From contig CP166615.1 of assembly GCA_041937175.2 (NCBI GenBank), positions 2,528,001-2,592,000 on the forward strand: a stretch of DNA of 64,000 nt, given 5' to 3'. A model generated the notes under the pieces. It made no database searches, was not told where the DNA came from, and saw nothing but the letters and a program-made list of their open reading frames with translations. The first letter of the stretch is position 1. Every line of letters begins with the position of its first letter. Source of the DNA: Limnothrix sp. BL-A-16. Its GTDB lineage: Bacteria > Cyanobacteriota > Cyanobacteriia > CACIAM-69d. This document shows positions 10,613-21,700 of the stretch, piece after piece. The translations under genes and the position numbers were made by a program.

Positions 10613-11194
10613 TTAGCCATCAAACTCGATCGCCCCAGGCCAATAGTCCCATAACACCAAAGCTTGGCCCTGAAACAAGATGGGGTCTCCGAGGGTAATG
10701 AATTCGTTGGTTAATTCATGGGGTAATTCATGGGGTAACTTAAGGTTCAATTGAGGGTTCGATCGATCCATCCACCCCGCAACCGGCCGAGTGACAGTTC
10801 CCCGAGCCGATCGCCCCACCAACGCTACATCAAACCGCCGAGCTAAATGGGCCCATTGGGGATGTTGAATTAAAAACAACTCCGCCGTTCGCAAGAGTTT
10901 AAGTTGCTTGGCGGGGGTGATGGCCAACGCGCCGTTGCGATCCCAATTTCCAGGACTGCGGGTTTTTACCTCCACAAAGGCCAATTCCTGACCCGATCGC
11001 GCCACCAAGTCCAGCTCACCGGCCCGGCAGCGCCATCGCCGCGCCTCGATCATCCAGCCCTCTTGGATCAACCAGGCGGCCACCAACGCTTCACCCAATT
11101 CGCCTAACTGGGCCGCCGCTTGTCGTTGATTGATTGAGCGCTGATTGATTGAGCGCTGATTGATTGAGGGTTGTTGATTTTGGTGCTGATCCAT
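10613..11194 (-). CDS. YraN family (UPF0102) putative endonuclease
   Basis: GELGEALVAAWL, GELDLVA, FVEVKTR, RFDVALV; N-terminal SINQR x3 from a 15-bp tandem repeat. Confidence 0.9.
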   Translation of the reverse strand: MDQHQNQQPSINQRSINQRSINQRQAAAQLGELGEALVAAWLIQEGWMIEARRWRCRAGELDLVARSGQELAFVEVKTRSPGNWDRNGALAITPAKQLKLLRTAELFLIQHPQWAHLARRFDVALVGRSARGTVTRPVAGWMDRSNPQLNLKLPHELPHELTNEFITLGDPILFQGQALVLWDYWPGAIEFDG

Positions 11195-11226
11195 AAAAAG
11201 AAGCCCAAAAACTATAGGCCCAAAAA

Positions 11227-11982
11227 CTAACGTTTTTCACCCGTGTCCAGAATCACCCCTAGGGCGATCGCAATGCGTCGATCGAGATAGCGATTGAGAT
11301 CCGCACTCATATCCAAAACATAGCGATCAAGCAGGGTAAATTTGCGGTTAAATTCCCCAATTTGCCGCTCTCGATTAGCTTCACAAATGATAAAGTTAGT
11401 GCGCAACAATCCAAACATTGGCCCCAGCAAGCGCCGAAGTAATGAAAGGGCGATGGAATCTTCATAGGCAACACAAAGCAATGAGCCATCGGGGCGATAG
11501 CAGTGCCACCGTTTGCGAAATAAATCGTAGAGATAGTTCTTGCGAAATCGGGCTAAATCTCCTTCCAAATCGCGCACTGTAAAGGTAGCAGTGAACCATT
11601 CAAATTTTTTCTCTTGAATGATCTTAATCAGCGGTTCCTGTTTGCTGGCATCTCGATAGATAGTGACATGGCGCTTAGGTGAAATCAGCACAATCACCGC
11701 CAGAACAACCCCACAAGCAGCAAGCGTACCCACCAAAAACACTGGCCATTGCAGGTTTTCTGGCATCACAGATAGCAGAAGAGCCAACAGCACGATCATG
11801 ACGATGGTGGCGACTAAACCGGCCAAAACCGCCAGCAAGCTACGCGCCCAATGGGTTGGCCGTTCAATGAACAGGATGGGGTCTCCGTGATCATCACAAA
11901 CGTCATACTTTTCCGAGAGGGTCATCAACTTTTGTCGCAATAGAAATCGATCGCGGTTAAAGACTGAATCGACCTGAAACAT
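11227..11982 (-). CDS. Scramblase/LURP-one (Tubby C-terminal)-like protein with an inserted two-TM hairpin
   Basis: FLLRQKLMTLSEKYDV..., two hydrophobic helices, C-terminal DRRIAIALGVILD typical of this fold family. Confidence 0.6.
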   Translation of the reverse strand: MFQVDSVFNRDRFLLRQKLMTLSEKYDVCDDHGDPILFIERPTHWARSLLAVLAGLVATIVMIVLLALLLSVMPENLQWPVFLVGTLAACGVVLAVIVLISPKRHVTIYRDASKQEPLIKIIQEKKFEWFTATFTVRDLEGDLARFRKNYLYDLFRKRWHCYRPDGSLLCVAYEDSIALSLLRRLLGPMFGLLRTNFIICEANRERQIGEFNRKFTLLDRYVLDMSADLNRYLDRRIAIALGVILDTGEKR

Positions 11983-12072
11983 GCTCAATTCTCCACAACA
12001 TCACCCGATCGCCCCGTGGCGACGGCCCCGGTTAGCCCAGGTTTCTGGGCCAACGTTAACCGACAACCCACC

Positions 12073-14043
12073 TCATCGCAGGGTCACCACTACCCCTTGG
12101 CTTTCACGGGCCGATCGATCCACGGCACATAGGGCATAGGTTCCGGCCCCCAAGGCGAGCGATCGCGCTCCGGCCGCCAACAGGCGATCGAGCGTCCAAC
12201 TGTTGCTCTGCTGTCGGTAAAGGGCCCAACCGCGTAACCCTTCGCCACCCCCAGCCCAAGTGAGTTCCCCGCCATTGACCCTCACCCCCGTGGGCGGACT
12301 CGGCGGGTTGCCGGTGGCCCTCAAAACCGGCGGCAAGGCTGGTTGGGCGTAAAGTTCCTGGCGCAGTTGGTCGGCAAACCCTTGGCGATTTTCCGCGATC
12401 GGCTCAATGTTATAGAATGCATTCCCCAAGGCCCGCTGGGCTGCCAGCTCCCGCGTGAGGGTAATTTGCTGCTCAAATTCGGCCACTGACCAAGCGCTGC
12501 TACTGCCCAGTTTGTCCAAGTTGTTACCGGGGTAAACATGGGCCCCGTTGGCAATCTGCACCCACCAATTCAGCAGGGTGCGGTAACTTTGGGCCGTTTG
12601 GTCAATTCGCCAATAGAGTTGAGGCGCAACGTAATCTAACCAGCCGGCCTTAAGCCACCATTTGGGATCGGCAAATAGGCGATCGTACTGATCCAGTCCC
12701 ACAATGCCCGCCGGCTCTCCGGGGCGATAGATACCAAAGGGGCTGATACCGAATTTCACCCAAGGCTTGACCGATCGAATCTGTTCCGACAACCGCTTCA
12801 CCAGCTTGTTTACGTTGTCTCGCCGCCAATCGGCTACGGTTTTGCCACCCCCCCAAGACCAGTAGGTTTGGCGATCGGGAAACTCTTGCCCCTCCACGGG
12901 ATAGGGATAGAAATAGTCATCCAGGTGAATGCCGTCAATGTCGTAGCGCCGCACCACATCCAACACCACGTCCACGGCTCGGTTTTGCACCTCGGGCAGG
13001 CCCGGATCCATCCAACGCTGCGTGCCGTAGGTATAAACGGCGTTGGGGTAAACGGCTTCCACATGGTTCCCGGTGCCGATCGGGGCGTTGAGGGAGGTGC
13101 GGGCCCGGTAGGGATTGAACCAAGCGTGGAGTTCCAGGTTTCGTTGGCGGCATTGCTCGATCGCGAAGGCCAGCGGGTCATAGTAAGGATTGGGTGCGCG
13201 GCCCTGGGTTCCCGTTAACCAGCGGCTCCAAGGCTCAATGCTGGAGTCGTAAAGCGCGTCTCCTTCGGGGCGAATTTGCAGAAAGATGGCGTTTAAACGG
13301 GCCGCCGCCGCCCGATCGAGCAGGGTCACCAATTCCGCCTGCTGCTGGGCGCTGGATAGGCCCGCCTTGGACGGCCAATTCACATTCCACACGCTGGCAA
13401 TCCAAGCGGCTCGAAATTCCCGCCGATGGGACAGATTCACCAACTGGGGCGGCGGCTCCCCGGGTTCCACCAAGTAGGGCGAGTCGATCGTGGGGAAATC
13501 CCGATCGGCCACTAGGGCTTGATAGAGCATGGTGGCCACTTCCGCCCGGCTGCTGGCTTGGCTGGGGCGCAGTTGCCGCAAGTTGGGAAAATTCGCCACC
13601 AAGCGACGGTGCAAGGCTCGCTGCACCGGTTGTCGGGCATAGGTTGCGATCGCCCCCGCATCATCAAAAAAACGGCTCAGATCCAAGGTTTCGCCGCCGG
13701 TTAAGCCCAACCCGTTCACCAAGGCCACCAACACATCGGCCCGCATGATCGTGGCATCGGGGCGAAAGGAACCGTCCGGGTAGCCACTGAGCAGACCACG
13801 TTCCCAAGCCTGTTGAATCGCGGTTCGGGCCCAATGGTTGGCGGCCACATCCCGAAAGCTGCGGGGCGATCGCACGGGGGGCCGATCGACCGATCGAACC
13901 AGCAAGGCCGCGAATTGGGCCCGAGTTAAGGGGCGATCCGGCTGGAAGGAGCCATCGGGAAATCCGCTAATCAACCCTCGATCGGCCAGGGCCACGATAA
14001 AGGCTTGGGCCCAGTGGTTGGTGATGTCTGCAAACGTCGCCAT
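12073..14043 (-). CDS. SLH-domain protein fused to a GHL10 (DUF187) glycoside hydrolase
   Basis: Three SLH repeats (FADITNHWA..G.ISGFPDGSFQPD..TRAQ); REFRAAWIASVWNVNWPS, HAWFNPYR, DGIHLDDYFYPY. Confidence 0.92.
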   Translation of the reverse strand: MATFADITNHWAQAFIVALADRGLISGFPDGSFQPDRPLTRAQFAALLVRSVDRPPVRSPRSFRDVAANHWARTAIQQAWERGLLSGYPDGSFRPDATIMRADVLVALVNGLGLTGGETLDLSRFFDDAGAIATYARQPVQRALHRRLVANFPNLRQLRPSQASSRAEVATMLYQALVADRDFPTIDSPYLVEPGEPPPQLVNLSHRREFRAAWIASVWNVNWPSKAGLSSAQQQAELVTLLDRAAAARLNAIFLQIRPEGDALYDSSIEPWSRWLTGTQGRAPNPYYDPLAFAIEQCRQRNLELHAWFNPYRARTSLNAPIGTGNHVEAVYPNAVYTYGTQRWMDPGLPEVQNRAVDVVLDVVRRYDIDGIHLDDYFYPYPVEGQEFPDRQTYWSWGGGKTVADWRRDNVNKLVKRLSEQIRSVKPWVKFGISPFGIYRPGEPAGIVGLDQYDRLFADPKWWLKAGWLDYVAPQLYWRIDQTAQSYRTLLNWWVQIANGAHVYPGNNLDKLGSSSAWSVAEFEQQITLTRELAAQRALGNAFYNIEPIAENRQGFADQLRQELYAQPALPPVLRATGNPPSPPTGVRVNGGELTWAGGGEGLRGWALYRQQSNSWTLDRLLAAGARSLALGAGTYALCAVDRSARESQGVVVTLR

Positions 14044-14266
14044 TGTCTTCCAATCCCTTGCTGCGCTGCGATCGCCTCTCGCACCCTAGCATGGCCTTGA
14101 ACTTTCGCCCCATGGCCCGATCCCCTTTTGGGCCCCGGCCAAGGAGACGCTGATTAGGATTAAAAATCACTGCGATTGCAAGATCCAATCGGGCGATCGC
14201 CCCCAGATTCCCAAAGAAGTTCAAACACTCAGCGTTGCGATCGCCAATCGCCCGTACAATGTTGCG

Positions 14267-14383
14267 TGGACGCTCAACCCCGCGTCACAACCCCGGGCGC
14301 TGTTTGTGTTCGGCAATTTGCGCTGGGCAGTTGAATTTGCGCTGAGCAATGGGTTGTGACCGCTGCCGGTTGAGGCGGTTCCA
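14267..14383 (+). promoter_or_regulatory. Structured 5' leader candidate upstream of ccmK4
   Basis: TACAAT -10 at 14255-14260 followed by nested stems TGGA/TCCA, CTCAACC/GGTTGAG, GTCACAACCC/GGGTTGTGAC. Confidence 0.5.
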
Positions 14384-14446
14384 TGTCTTGCAACTTTTGC
14401 AACCCACTGTTTTCATTTAGCTAGGCTTTTCACAGGAGAGCGCCCC

Positions 14447-14788
14447 ATGGCCCAAGCGGTAGGCTCGATCGAAACCAAAGGCTTCCCCGCTGTCTTGGCC
14501 GCAGCCGATGCAATGGTTAAGGCCGGGCGCGTCACCCTCGTTGGCTACATCCGCGTGGGCAGCGCTCGCTTCACCGTTAATGTGCGCGGCGAAGTGGCTG
14601 AAGTTAAACAATCCGTTGAAGCGGGCATCGCGGCGGCCGAAAACGTCTTCGGCGGCGTGGTGGAATCGTGGGTGATCATCCCGCGTCCCCACGAGAATGT
14701 GGTGGCGGTGCTGCCCATTGAATACAACGACAAGGTGGAACAGTATCGCGTGGCAGTGGAAGGCCCGCGCCTGCTCACCTCGCGCTAG
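14447..14788 (+). CDS. ccmK4: Beta-carboxysome shell hexamer, CcmK4-type BMC-H
   Basis: [34 protein letters not shown] pore motif (K4 class, not the KIGSGR of K1/K2), [16 protein letters not shown]. Confidence 0.85.
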   Translation: MAQAVGSIETKGFPAVLAAADAMVKAGRVTLVGYIRVGSARFTVNVRGEVAEVKQSVEAGIAAAENVFGGVVESWVIIPRPHENVVAVLPIEYNDKVEQYRVAVEGPRLLTSR

Positions 14789-14819
14789 GGCTGATTGCTA
14801 AAGGCCCCATTGGTCACTG

Positions 14820-14842
14820 GCCGCCCCCCTCGGGCGGCTTTT
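14820..14842 (+). terminator. Rho-independent terminator after ccmK4
   Basis: GCCGCCC-loop-GGGCGGC-TTTT. Confidence 0.7.
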
Positions 14843-14888
14843 GTTTGGGCATCGGGTCGTTGGATGGGCCTAGGTCTCCGCGCAACCC

Positions 14889-17800
14889 TTAATCCCAACG
14901 ATCGAGGTCGTCTGACCAACGCTGTAACAGGGCCATGGCGCGATCGCGCTGGGTTTCAAAGGTGGCCGCCAGCCAGATCATCCCCGTGCCCAACGCCAGC
15001 CCCACCAACCATTTCAGGAACGACCACCGAGCATTCAACTCCACAAAGTTGGCCAGGGTGGCGGCTCCCAGCAACAGGGATCCCATCAACAGATAGGCGC
15101 GCACTTGCCAGAAAATGCCAGCCCCGATCGCCCCGAGGGCCAAAACCAGACTTACCCAATCGGTGCTGTGCTGTGCGAAGGCCGCCCAAGCAATGATTCC
15201 CGTGCCAGCTAACCGCAGGCCATGGCGCAGGGGCCGGCCTTTGGCCCCTTGCCAAGCGGGATCAATTTCCGCCGCCAAAATTAAGCTGCTGCCCAAGGGC
15301 CCCACATAGAGCAGGGCTTCCATGGAACCGGCCAGCCATAGACTCCGCCAAATCGACCAGGTGGCAAACAGCAGCCCCAGGTAATACAACCGGCGACAAC
15401 GCAACAGGGCCGCCAACGCACCATAACTGGCGGCCACCACCATCAACGCGGGCGGGGCGATCGACCCGGCCAGCAAGAGGCTGATGCTGGCGGGCAACCA
15501 AAGGGCAACCCGTTCCCAGGCGGTTTTTTGGGGGCGGGTTTGGCCCAAGATGGCCAGCCCGATCGCGCTGAAGGCCGCCAAGGCAGCCCAATGGGGGTCA
15601 ACGGCGGCCCAGCCCGGCAACCAAGCCCGGCCCCAACTGATCCAGGCGATCGTTTGCAGAACCGCCAGATCCACCCACAGGCCCGAGGTGCGCCACCCCT
15701 GAACCCAGGGATAGGCCACCAACAATCCCAAAGCCACCCAGGCCAAGGATCCGTGGGTGGGGCCCGCCGTCAACCACAGCAAGCCCGAGAACCCAGTGCC
15801 CACCAACCAGTGGCCATGGGCTGTCCAGGCCAGGGTAGGGCCATTGAGGGCAAAGAGCGATCGCCCCCATCGATCGCGCCCCAGGTCATAAAACCAAGCC
15901 AGAAAACCCGCCACCACGGCAAACAACACCAGGGCATCCGTGGTGGTTCCGGCGGGTAACCAATGGCCTGTCCAAAAGAAGGCCAATTCGCCCCAACCCC
16001 AGGAGGCGATCGCCAGGGAACCGTAACTCAGCCAGCGTTGATGGGGCGATCGGGCGGCCACCCGCAAGCCAATGAGCGCCACCCCCACCATTAGCAAGCC
16101 CGTCCAACCGTCCCAATAGCTCGATCGCCACAACAGGGTTAACAGGCCATAGCCCAAGGGCAACCATCGACGGCTGGGAAACTGTCGCCCCAACCGCTCC
16201 GTCGCCAGCAGGCAGATGAACCCCAGCCCAAGCGTCACAGCGGCATAGTGGCTGAGGGAGCCGTTCAGTTGGCGAAGGGTTTCCGCCGCCGCCAACTCCA
16301 GGGCCGCGGCTCCTGCCCAGAGCAGTCCCGGAATGGCGGCGGGCCGACCGGCCCGCCGACTGGTGAGCAACCGAAACCCGATCGCCCCCAACAGCAGCCC
16401 AATCACCCACCCTTCCCAAAGCGCTTGGGGCTGATCCCAGTCCAGGGCCAACACCAACAGTCGCAGGGCCGTGAAGGGCAACAGCAACCAACTCACCGCC
16501 GTGGCCCAGCGATCGAGGGCTTGGCCATAGAGACGCAGCAGCGGATTCGATCGCCCTACCCCCAACCACCACAGCCCCCAAGCTACGACCAAAAGCCCAC
16601 TTTGCAAGGTCACCCAAGGGCCAAAGGCTAACCCGCTCCAAGACCCCACGCCGGCCCCGGTCAAGGCGGATAGGGACAACCAACCAAAGGTCACGGCCAT
16701 CAGGGCCACCCACCCTTGTCGAAACCCAGGCAGCAGGGAGCTGGCCCCCAAGGTCAACCCGGCCACACCCAGGGACAAAGTGAGGGACTGGGGTGAGGCA
16801 ATGGCCAGGGATTGGGCCAACACTAATCCACCAGCCCCAAGGCCCTTGGCAGCTTTGCGGAGCCTTCCGGGCCCGATCGCCGCCAACCCCAACAGGGCCA
16901 GCGGAATCACCAACCAACTGAGCAAGCCCGAGGTTGCCACCTGTGCAGGGACGGTTTCCCAAACCCCATGGGTCAGTTGCACCAGGCTCAAGCCTGCTAG
17001 CCCCAAACCCAGCCACCAACTGGTTTTGACCCAAGGTTGCCAAGGGGAACGATCGCCCCCGATCGCCACCAAACTCCACAAAACCAGGGTGGCTCCGATG
17101 CCCACCTGCCCCCAACCGATCGGGGCGCTGGTGGTGGGCAAGGCAAACCGGGCCAGGGCATAAACAGCGGCCAGGGCGGCCGTGAGGGTGCAGTTGGCCA
17201 GGACTTGGGGCAGCAGGGATCCCAAGGGCGATCGACTGGCCACCAGGCCGAAGCTGGCGGTGGTGAGCAAACTGAGGGGCAAAAGCCGCAGGTTATGGGG
17301 CCAGAGGGCGAGGGCATAGGCATTCAGCAACAACAGGATCCCCAGCGCCAGGCCCAAGCCAAATTTCGCCAAATCGGGGCGATCGCGCCGCTGCTGGGCG
17401 ATCGCCAGGCCCCCGGGCATGATCGGGTAAGGCAACCACAGCAGCCCCAAAACCTGTTCCGGTTGCCGCAGTTCCAGCAGGGATTGGGCCGCCATCAATA
17501 GGCTCGATCGCCAATCGTCGGGCAACAGGGCCGCGGCTCCTCGGCAGGCTCCCGCCATGACCAGGGTTAAGCCCAACAGATCCGTTCTTCGCCCCGATCG
17601 CTGCAACCGTTCCCACAACAGACCTCCCACGATCAGGGCCAAGGTCAACTGCTGCCAAGGAGCCGTGGCATCCGTCTGCCCCAACAACCAACCCAAGCCC
17701 ACCAGCAACCAGCCCAACCCATTCAGCCCCACCTTGACCCGGGTTGCCTCGCGCGCATCCAAAATCACCAGCAACCCAGACACCACCATCATCAACGCCA

Positions 17801-18611
17801 CATCGGCCAAGCTGGCGATCTGGGTGGCCAGGGCCCGCAACAACAAAATCAGCAGTGAACCGGCCATCAGGGCCCGATGATGGCGCGATCGCAGTTGCCA
17901 CCGGCTGGGCCAAGCGGCCGCCAGGGCGATGAACCCCGCACAAATCGTCACCCCAGCCCAAGCTTGGCCCGATGGCCAGTTCCAGTGCAATCCACAGGCC
18001 AACAGGATCAAGAGAGCGACCGATCGACGACTCACCATCGTCCAGGCAATCATTAACCACAATCCGCCTGCTCCAAACCACCCCCACAGGGGCAATCCCA
18101 ATCCATCGGCGGCCCAGGCATTCACCGGCAACAGCAGGGTTACTAGGCCACGCAGGGTTTGACCCGTCAGGCGCAATCGGGCCTGGCGATCGGTCCAGAG
18201 GGCAGCCCCCCAAAACAACATCGTGTAGAGCAGCAAGATGCCATATTGCCCCACACCTCCCACTTGGCTCCAAAAGCTGGCTGCCAACCAAGCGGAGGAC
18301 ACCACCACCAAAAACGCCCCCAACAGCAGCAACCAAACCACGCTCAGCTCGGCCGTGATGGCCCGCAGCCGGCCGGGGGACTGGGTGGCGGGTTGGGGGG
18401 AGGGGCTGGGGACGGGAGCAACGGGCGATCGAGCGGTTACCGGTAGAGGACAGGTGAGCCAAGTGCTGGCCACTTCGCGCACCCAATCTTCGGACACCAA
18501 CCCCAAACGCAACCACACCTCCAACCCCTCCAAAAGTCGGGGGTCAGAGGTGCGGACAGCCAATTCAATGGTTAGCAGGTGGTCGCGGTGTTGCGGAGCG
18601 AGGTCAGCCAT
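14889..18611 (-). CDS. Large polytopic membrane protein (cyanobacterial DUF2157-like family)
   Basis: 1240 aa, many TM segments; N-terminal LLEGLEVWLRLGLVS and ELSVVWLLLLGAFLVVVSS; C-terminal ATFETQR..WD. Confidence 0.75.
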   Translation of the reverse strand: MADLAPQHRDHLLTIELAVRTSDPRLLEGLEVWLRLGLVSEDWVREVASTWLTCPLPVTARSPVAPVPSPSPQPATQSPGRLRAITAELSVVWLLLLGAFLVVVSSAWLAASFWSQVGGVGQYGILLLYTMLFWGAALWTDRQARLRLTGQTLRGLVTLLLPVNAWAADGLGLPLWGWFGAGGLWLMIAWTMVSRRSVALLILLACGLHWNWPSGQAWAGVTICAGFIALAAAWPSRWQLRSRHHRALMAGSLLILLLRALATQIASLADVALMMVVSGLLVILDAREATRVKVGLNGLGWLLVGLGWLLGQTDATAPWQQLTLALIVGGLLWERLQRSGRRTDLLGLTLVMAGACRGAAALLPDDWRSSLLMAAQSLLELRQPEQVLGLLWLPYPIMPGGLAIAQQRRDRPDLAKFGLGLALGILLLLNAYALALWPHNLRLLPLSLLTTASFGLVASRSPLGSLLPQVLANCTLTAALAAVYALARFALPTTSAPIGWGQVGIGATLVLWSLVAIGGDRSPWQPWVKTSWWLGLGLAGLSLVQLTHGVWETVPAQVATSGLLSWLVIPLALLGLAAIGPGRLRKAAKGLGAGGLVLAQSLAIASPQSLTLSLGVAGLTLGASSLLPGFRQGWVALMAVTFGWLSLSALTGAGVGSWSGLAFGPWVTLQSGLLVVAWGLWWLGVGRSNPLLRLYGQALDRWATAVSWLLLPFTALRLLVLALDWDQPQALWEGWVIGLLLGAIGFRLLTSRRAGRPAAIPGLLWAGAAALELAAAETLRQLNGSLSHYAAVTLGLGFICLLATERLGRQFPSRRWLPLGYGLLTLLWRSSYWDGWTGLLMVGVALIGLRVAARSPHQRWLSYGSLAIASWGWGELAFFWTGHWLPAGTTTDALVLFAVVAGFLAWFYDLGRDRWGRSLFALNGPTLAWTAHGHWLVGTGFSGLLWLTAGPTHGSLAWVALGLLVAYPWVQGWRTSGLWVDLAVLQTIAWISWGRAWLPGWAAVDPHWAALAAFSAIGLAILGQTRPQKTAWERVALWLPASISLLLAGSIAPPALMVVAASYGALAALLRCRRLYYLGLLFATWSIWRSLWLAGSMEALLYVGPLGSSLILAAEIDPAWQGAKGRPLRHGLRLAGTGIIAWAAFAQHSTDWVSLVLALGAIGAGIFWQVRAYLLMGSLLLGAATLANFVELNARWSFLKWLVGLALGTGMIWLAATFETQRDRAMALLQRWSDDLDRWD

Positions 18612-18770
18612 AAAGGGGGTCGAAGGGACGCGATCAGCTCAGGAGGGGTCAACCGCCATGAGCCTAACCCGATCGTCCCGTCATCCCCCAGCCACCGGAC
18701 CAGTTCCGCCGCTGTCGGTGGGCCACCGCCAACAACTGCCCACCGATCGCTTGCCCTAGACCAACTCAAC

Positions 18771-21700
18771 CTAAACCAAGATGAAGTCCTGGCTGTTCAC
18801 GAATTGCAAGGCGGGGATGCCCTGAAGACGAGCGATCGGGGTCTCGCCCGCCCGAACCAGGATCGAGTTGCCCTCTTCCACAAAGGACAAATCGGTAAAT
18901 CGCAACCCACCGGCCAGCGCGATTCGGTCATTGTTAGCGAAGTAGTCAGAAATGATGTCCACGCCGCGATTGAGACCGATCACAAAGGTGTCAATTCCCT
19001 CGCCCCCAAAGAGCACATCATCCCCTTGATCACCGGAGAGCACGTCATTGCCCGCGCTGCCCGTGAGGGTGTCGTTCCCCTTGCCCCCAAAAAGGGTGTC
19101 GTCATCCTCGCAACCATCCAGTTGGTCATCGCCATCGTTGCCAAAGAGCAAGTCATTCCCGGCGTTACCGGACAACACATCGTTATCGGAAGCCGTGCCA
19201 ACGGACTGGGGCCGATCGGGATTGTTGCCGTAGAGGGTATCGTTGCCCGCTTCACCGCAGAGGGTGTCGTTGCCCCGATCGCCCATCAACAGATCCAACC
19301 CAGCACCACCCCAGAGGTAGTCATTCCCCTGACCACCCCGGGCCGTGTCGTTGCCATCTTCGCCCGCCAGGCTGTCGTTGCCATCGTTGCCCAACAGCAA
19401 GTCTTCATTGCCGCCGCCCAACAGCAGATCGTTGCCGGTGCGATCGGGATCCCGCGTGTTGTTGTTGCCACCAATTAGGGTGTCGTTGCCCAGGTCACCG
19501 GACAACACATCATTGCCCTTATCGCCATAGAGCAAATCGTTGTCCTTACCGCCATACACCAAGTCATCCTCTTGACCGGCATAGATGGTGTCCTGGCCCT
19601 GGCCGCCATTCAGGTTGTCTTGGCCACGACCGCCATAGAGCAGGTCATCGTCCGCGCCGCCCCCGATCGGGACATTGCTGCCGCCGCTGCCCAACAGGGT
19701 GTCGTTGCCCAGGTCACCGTAGAGCACGTCATTGCCCAAATCGCCCAGGATCAAATCATTATCCCGGCCGCCAAAGGCCGTGTCCTTGCCGTCGCCCCCG
19801 GAGAGGGTGTCTTGGCCTTCGTTCCCATAAAGCAGGTCATCGCCGCCCAAGCCAAACAACAGGTCTTGGCCGTTGGGATCGGAAATGAGGCGCACGCCGG
19901 TTCCACCGATCAGGGTGTCGTTGCCCAGGTCACCGATCAGAATGTCGCTACCCCGATCGCCGTGCAGCAAGTCGGCTTCCTTGCCGCCACGGATGTAGTC
20001 ATCCCCTTGGCCGCCAAACACCGTATCTTCACCTTCATTGGCGCTGATTACGTCGTTTTCGGTGTTGCCAAAGATCAGATCCCGATCGCTCGGATCCGGC
20101 CGGTTATCCGGGCGACCCTGGCCGCCGATGATGGTGTCGGCTCCTTGGTCGCCACGCAGGATGTCACTGCCCCGATCGCCCAGCAGAATATCGTTATCCT
20201 TGCCGCCATTGATGATGTCTTGGCCATTACCGCCAAAGATCACATCATCACCCTCATTCCCGTTGAGCAGATCGTTGCCCTCGCCGCCACCGAGGCGATC
20301 GGCATCCACCCCGGAACCCACCGCAGCACGATTGCCCAGACCACCAAAAATGGAATCGTTGCCAAGGTCGCCAATCAGTTCATCGGAACCGGGGCCGCCC
20401 CGCAGGCGATCGTTCCCCGCAAACCCCGACACAAAATCGTTGGACGCTGTGCCCACCAAATCATCATTACCCGGCGTGCCCAACAGTCGGTTCCCGCCAG
20501 TTTCGGGCGGCGGCGGAATCACCAACGCGGGTAGCTCAGGCACAATCAGAGGATTGGGAATTTGCCAGGAAGCCGCCAACGGCGAGGCCACACAACCGCA
20601 ATTCGGGGCCGCACCCGCCACATCAGTAAAGCTAGTGATGAAGAAGGGTAGATCTCCCAAGGCCCTATTAACCGGAGTGGGCGGCGTGGGTGGCGTGCTC
20701 GCCACCGAAATTCCCGGCGGCGCAATAAAGGAAATCGTGCCACTGATCAGGCTGCGATTGCCTTTTATATCAATCACATCGAAGGTCAGAAAGTCCTTAC
20801 CCGTGAAATCGGCCCGGGGAATAAAGAACAGATTGCCGAATTCTTCCGGAGTCAGGAGGCCCGTGCTGGTGATTTTGCGCCCCCCATTGAACGGATCGCC
20901 CACGTACAAGTCACCCAAAGCCGGTAGGCGGGTGATGTTGTAATTTTTGATGGAATCGCTGTTCGGGTCGATCGCCGTGGGTGGTAATCCCCCCAGTCGA
21001 AACTTGGCAACCCCGTTTTCGGGAGGCTCGGTCAAATCCGTGGCCGAGCCGGGAACCACGTTGAAGATCCCGTTCAAGGGAACCGGCGGTTCGGCAATAA
21101 TTTCCGGGCGATCGAACAATACCGTTGCTGAATCTGGACTCAGGTTCCCCTTGTCATCCCTGGCGGAGTACTTGAAGAACCCTTTGCCATCCGGTGACTC
21201 AAACCGTAGGTTACCGACATTTCCCGGCGGAATCGATTGCCCCGCCGACAGGGAAACCTTCGCCCCCGTCAGTGGATCGAGCAGAAACAGTGAACTCCCC
21301 GGGGGAATTTCCGTAATCACAAATTCCCGAATCGGATCACTATCGGGATCCGCCGCCGCCAACGGAATGGAACCATTGGGGTTATAGGGCAACACCAAGT
21401 TGAGCGGGGTCGGCGGTGTATTCACACCCCCCACCACGCGCGTCGCATCGGTCGCTGTAATCACCTGGGGCGCGAGGGGCCCCAAATCCGGATCAAAAAG
21501 CCCGGCCGGAAGGGAGACTCGGGCCGTGTTGGTGATCACCCCGGTAGCCGTCTCCGAAAGGCGACCCGACACCTGGAAGGTTTTCGTTTCTCCAGCATTG
21601 AGCGCCAAGCCAATCCCGGGAGGAGCCAGCACATTGGGATTCCAAACGGGACTGAGCAACTCTGCCGGGGGCGCATCGGACAGATTCAGCAAAAACGGGG

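Noticed and set aside
14044..14446. Possible ccmK3 pseudogene
   Set aside because: No BMC-like ORF in the track and no similarity in the + frame I translated by eye
15886..18516. Two ~408-aa alternative-frame ORFs within the large membrane protein gene
   Set aside because: GC-rich off-frame ORFs with low-complexity Gly/Arg/Pro composition
18579..20943. Long + strand ORFs opposite the RTX repeats
   Set aside because: Antisense products of repetitive Gly-Asp codons
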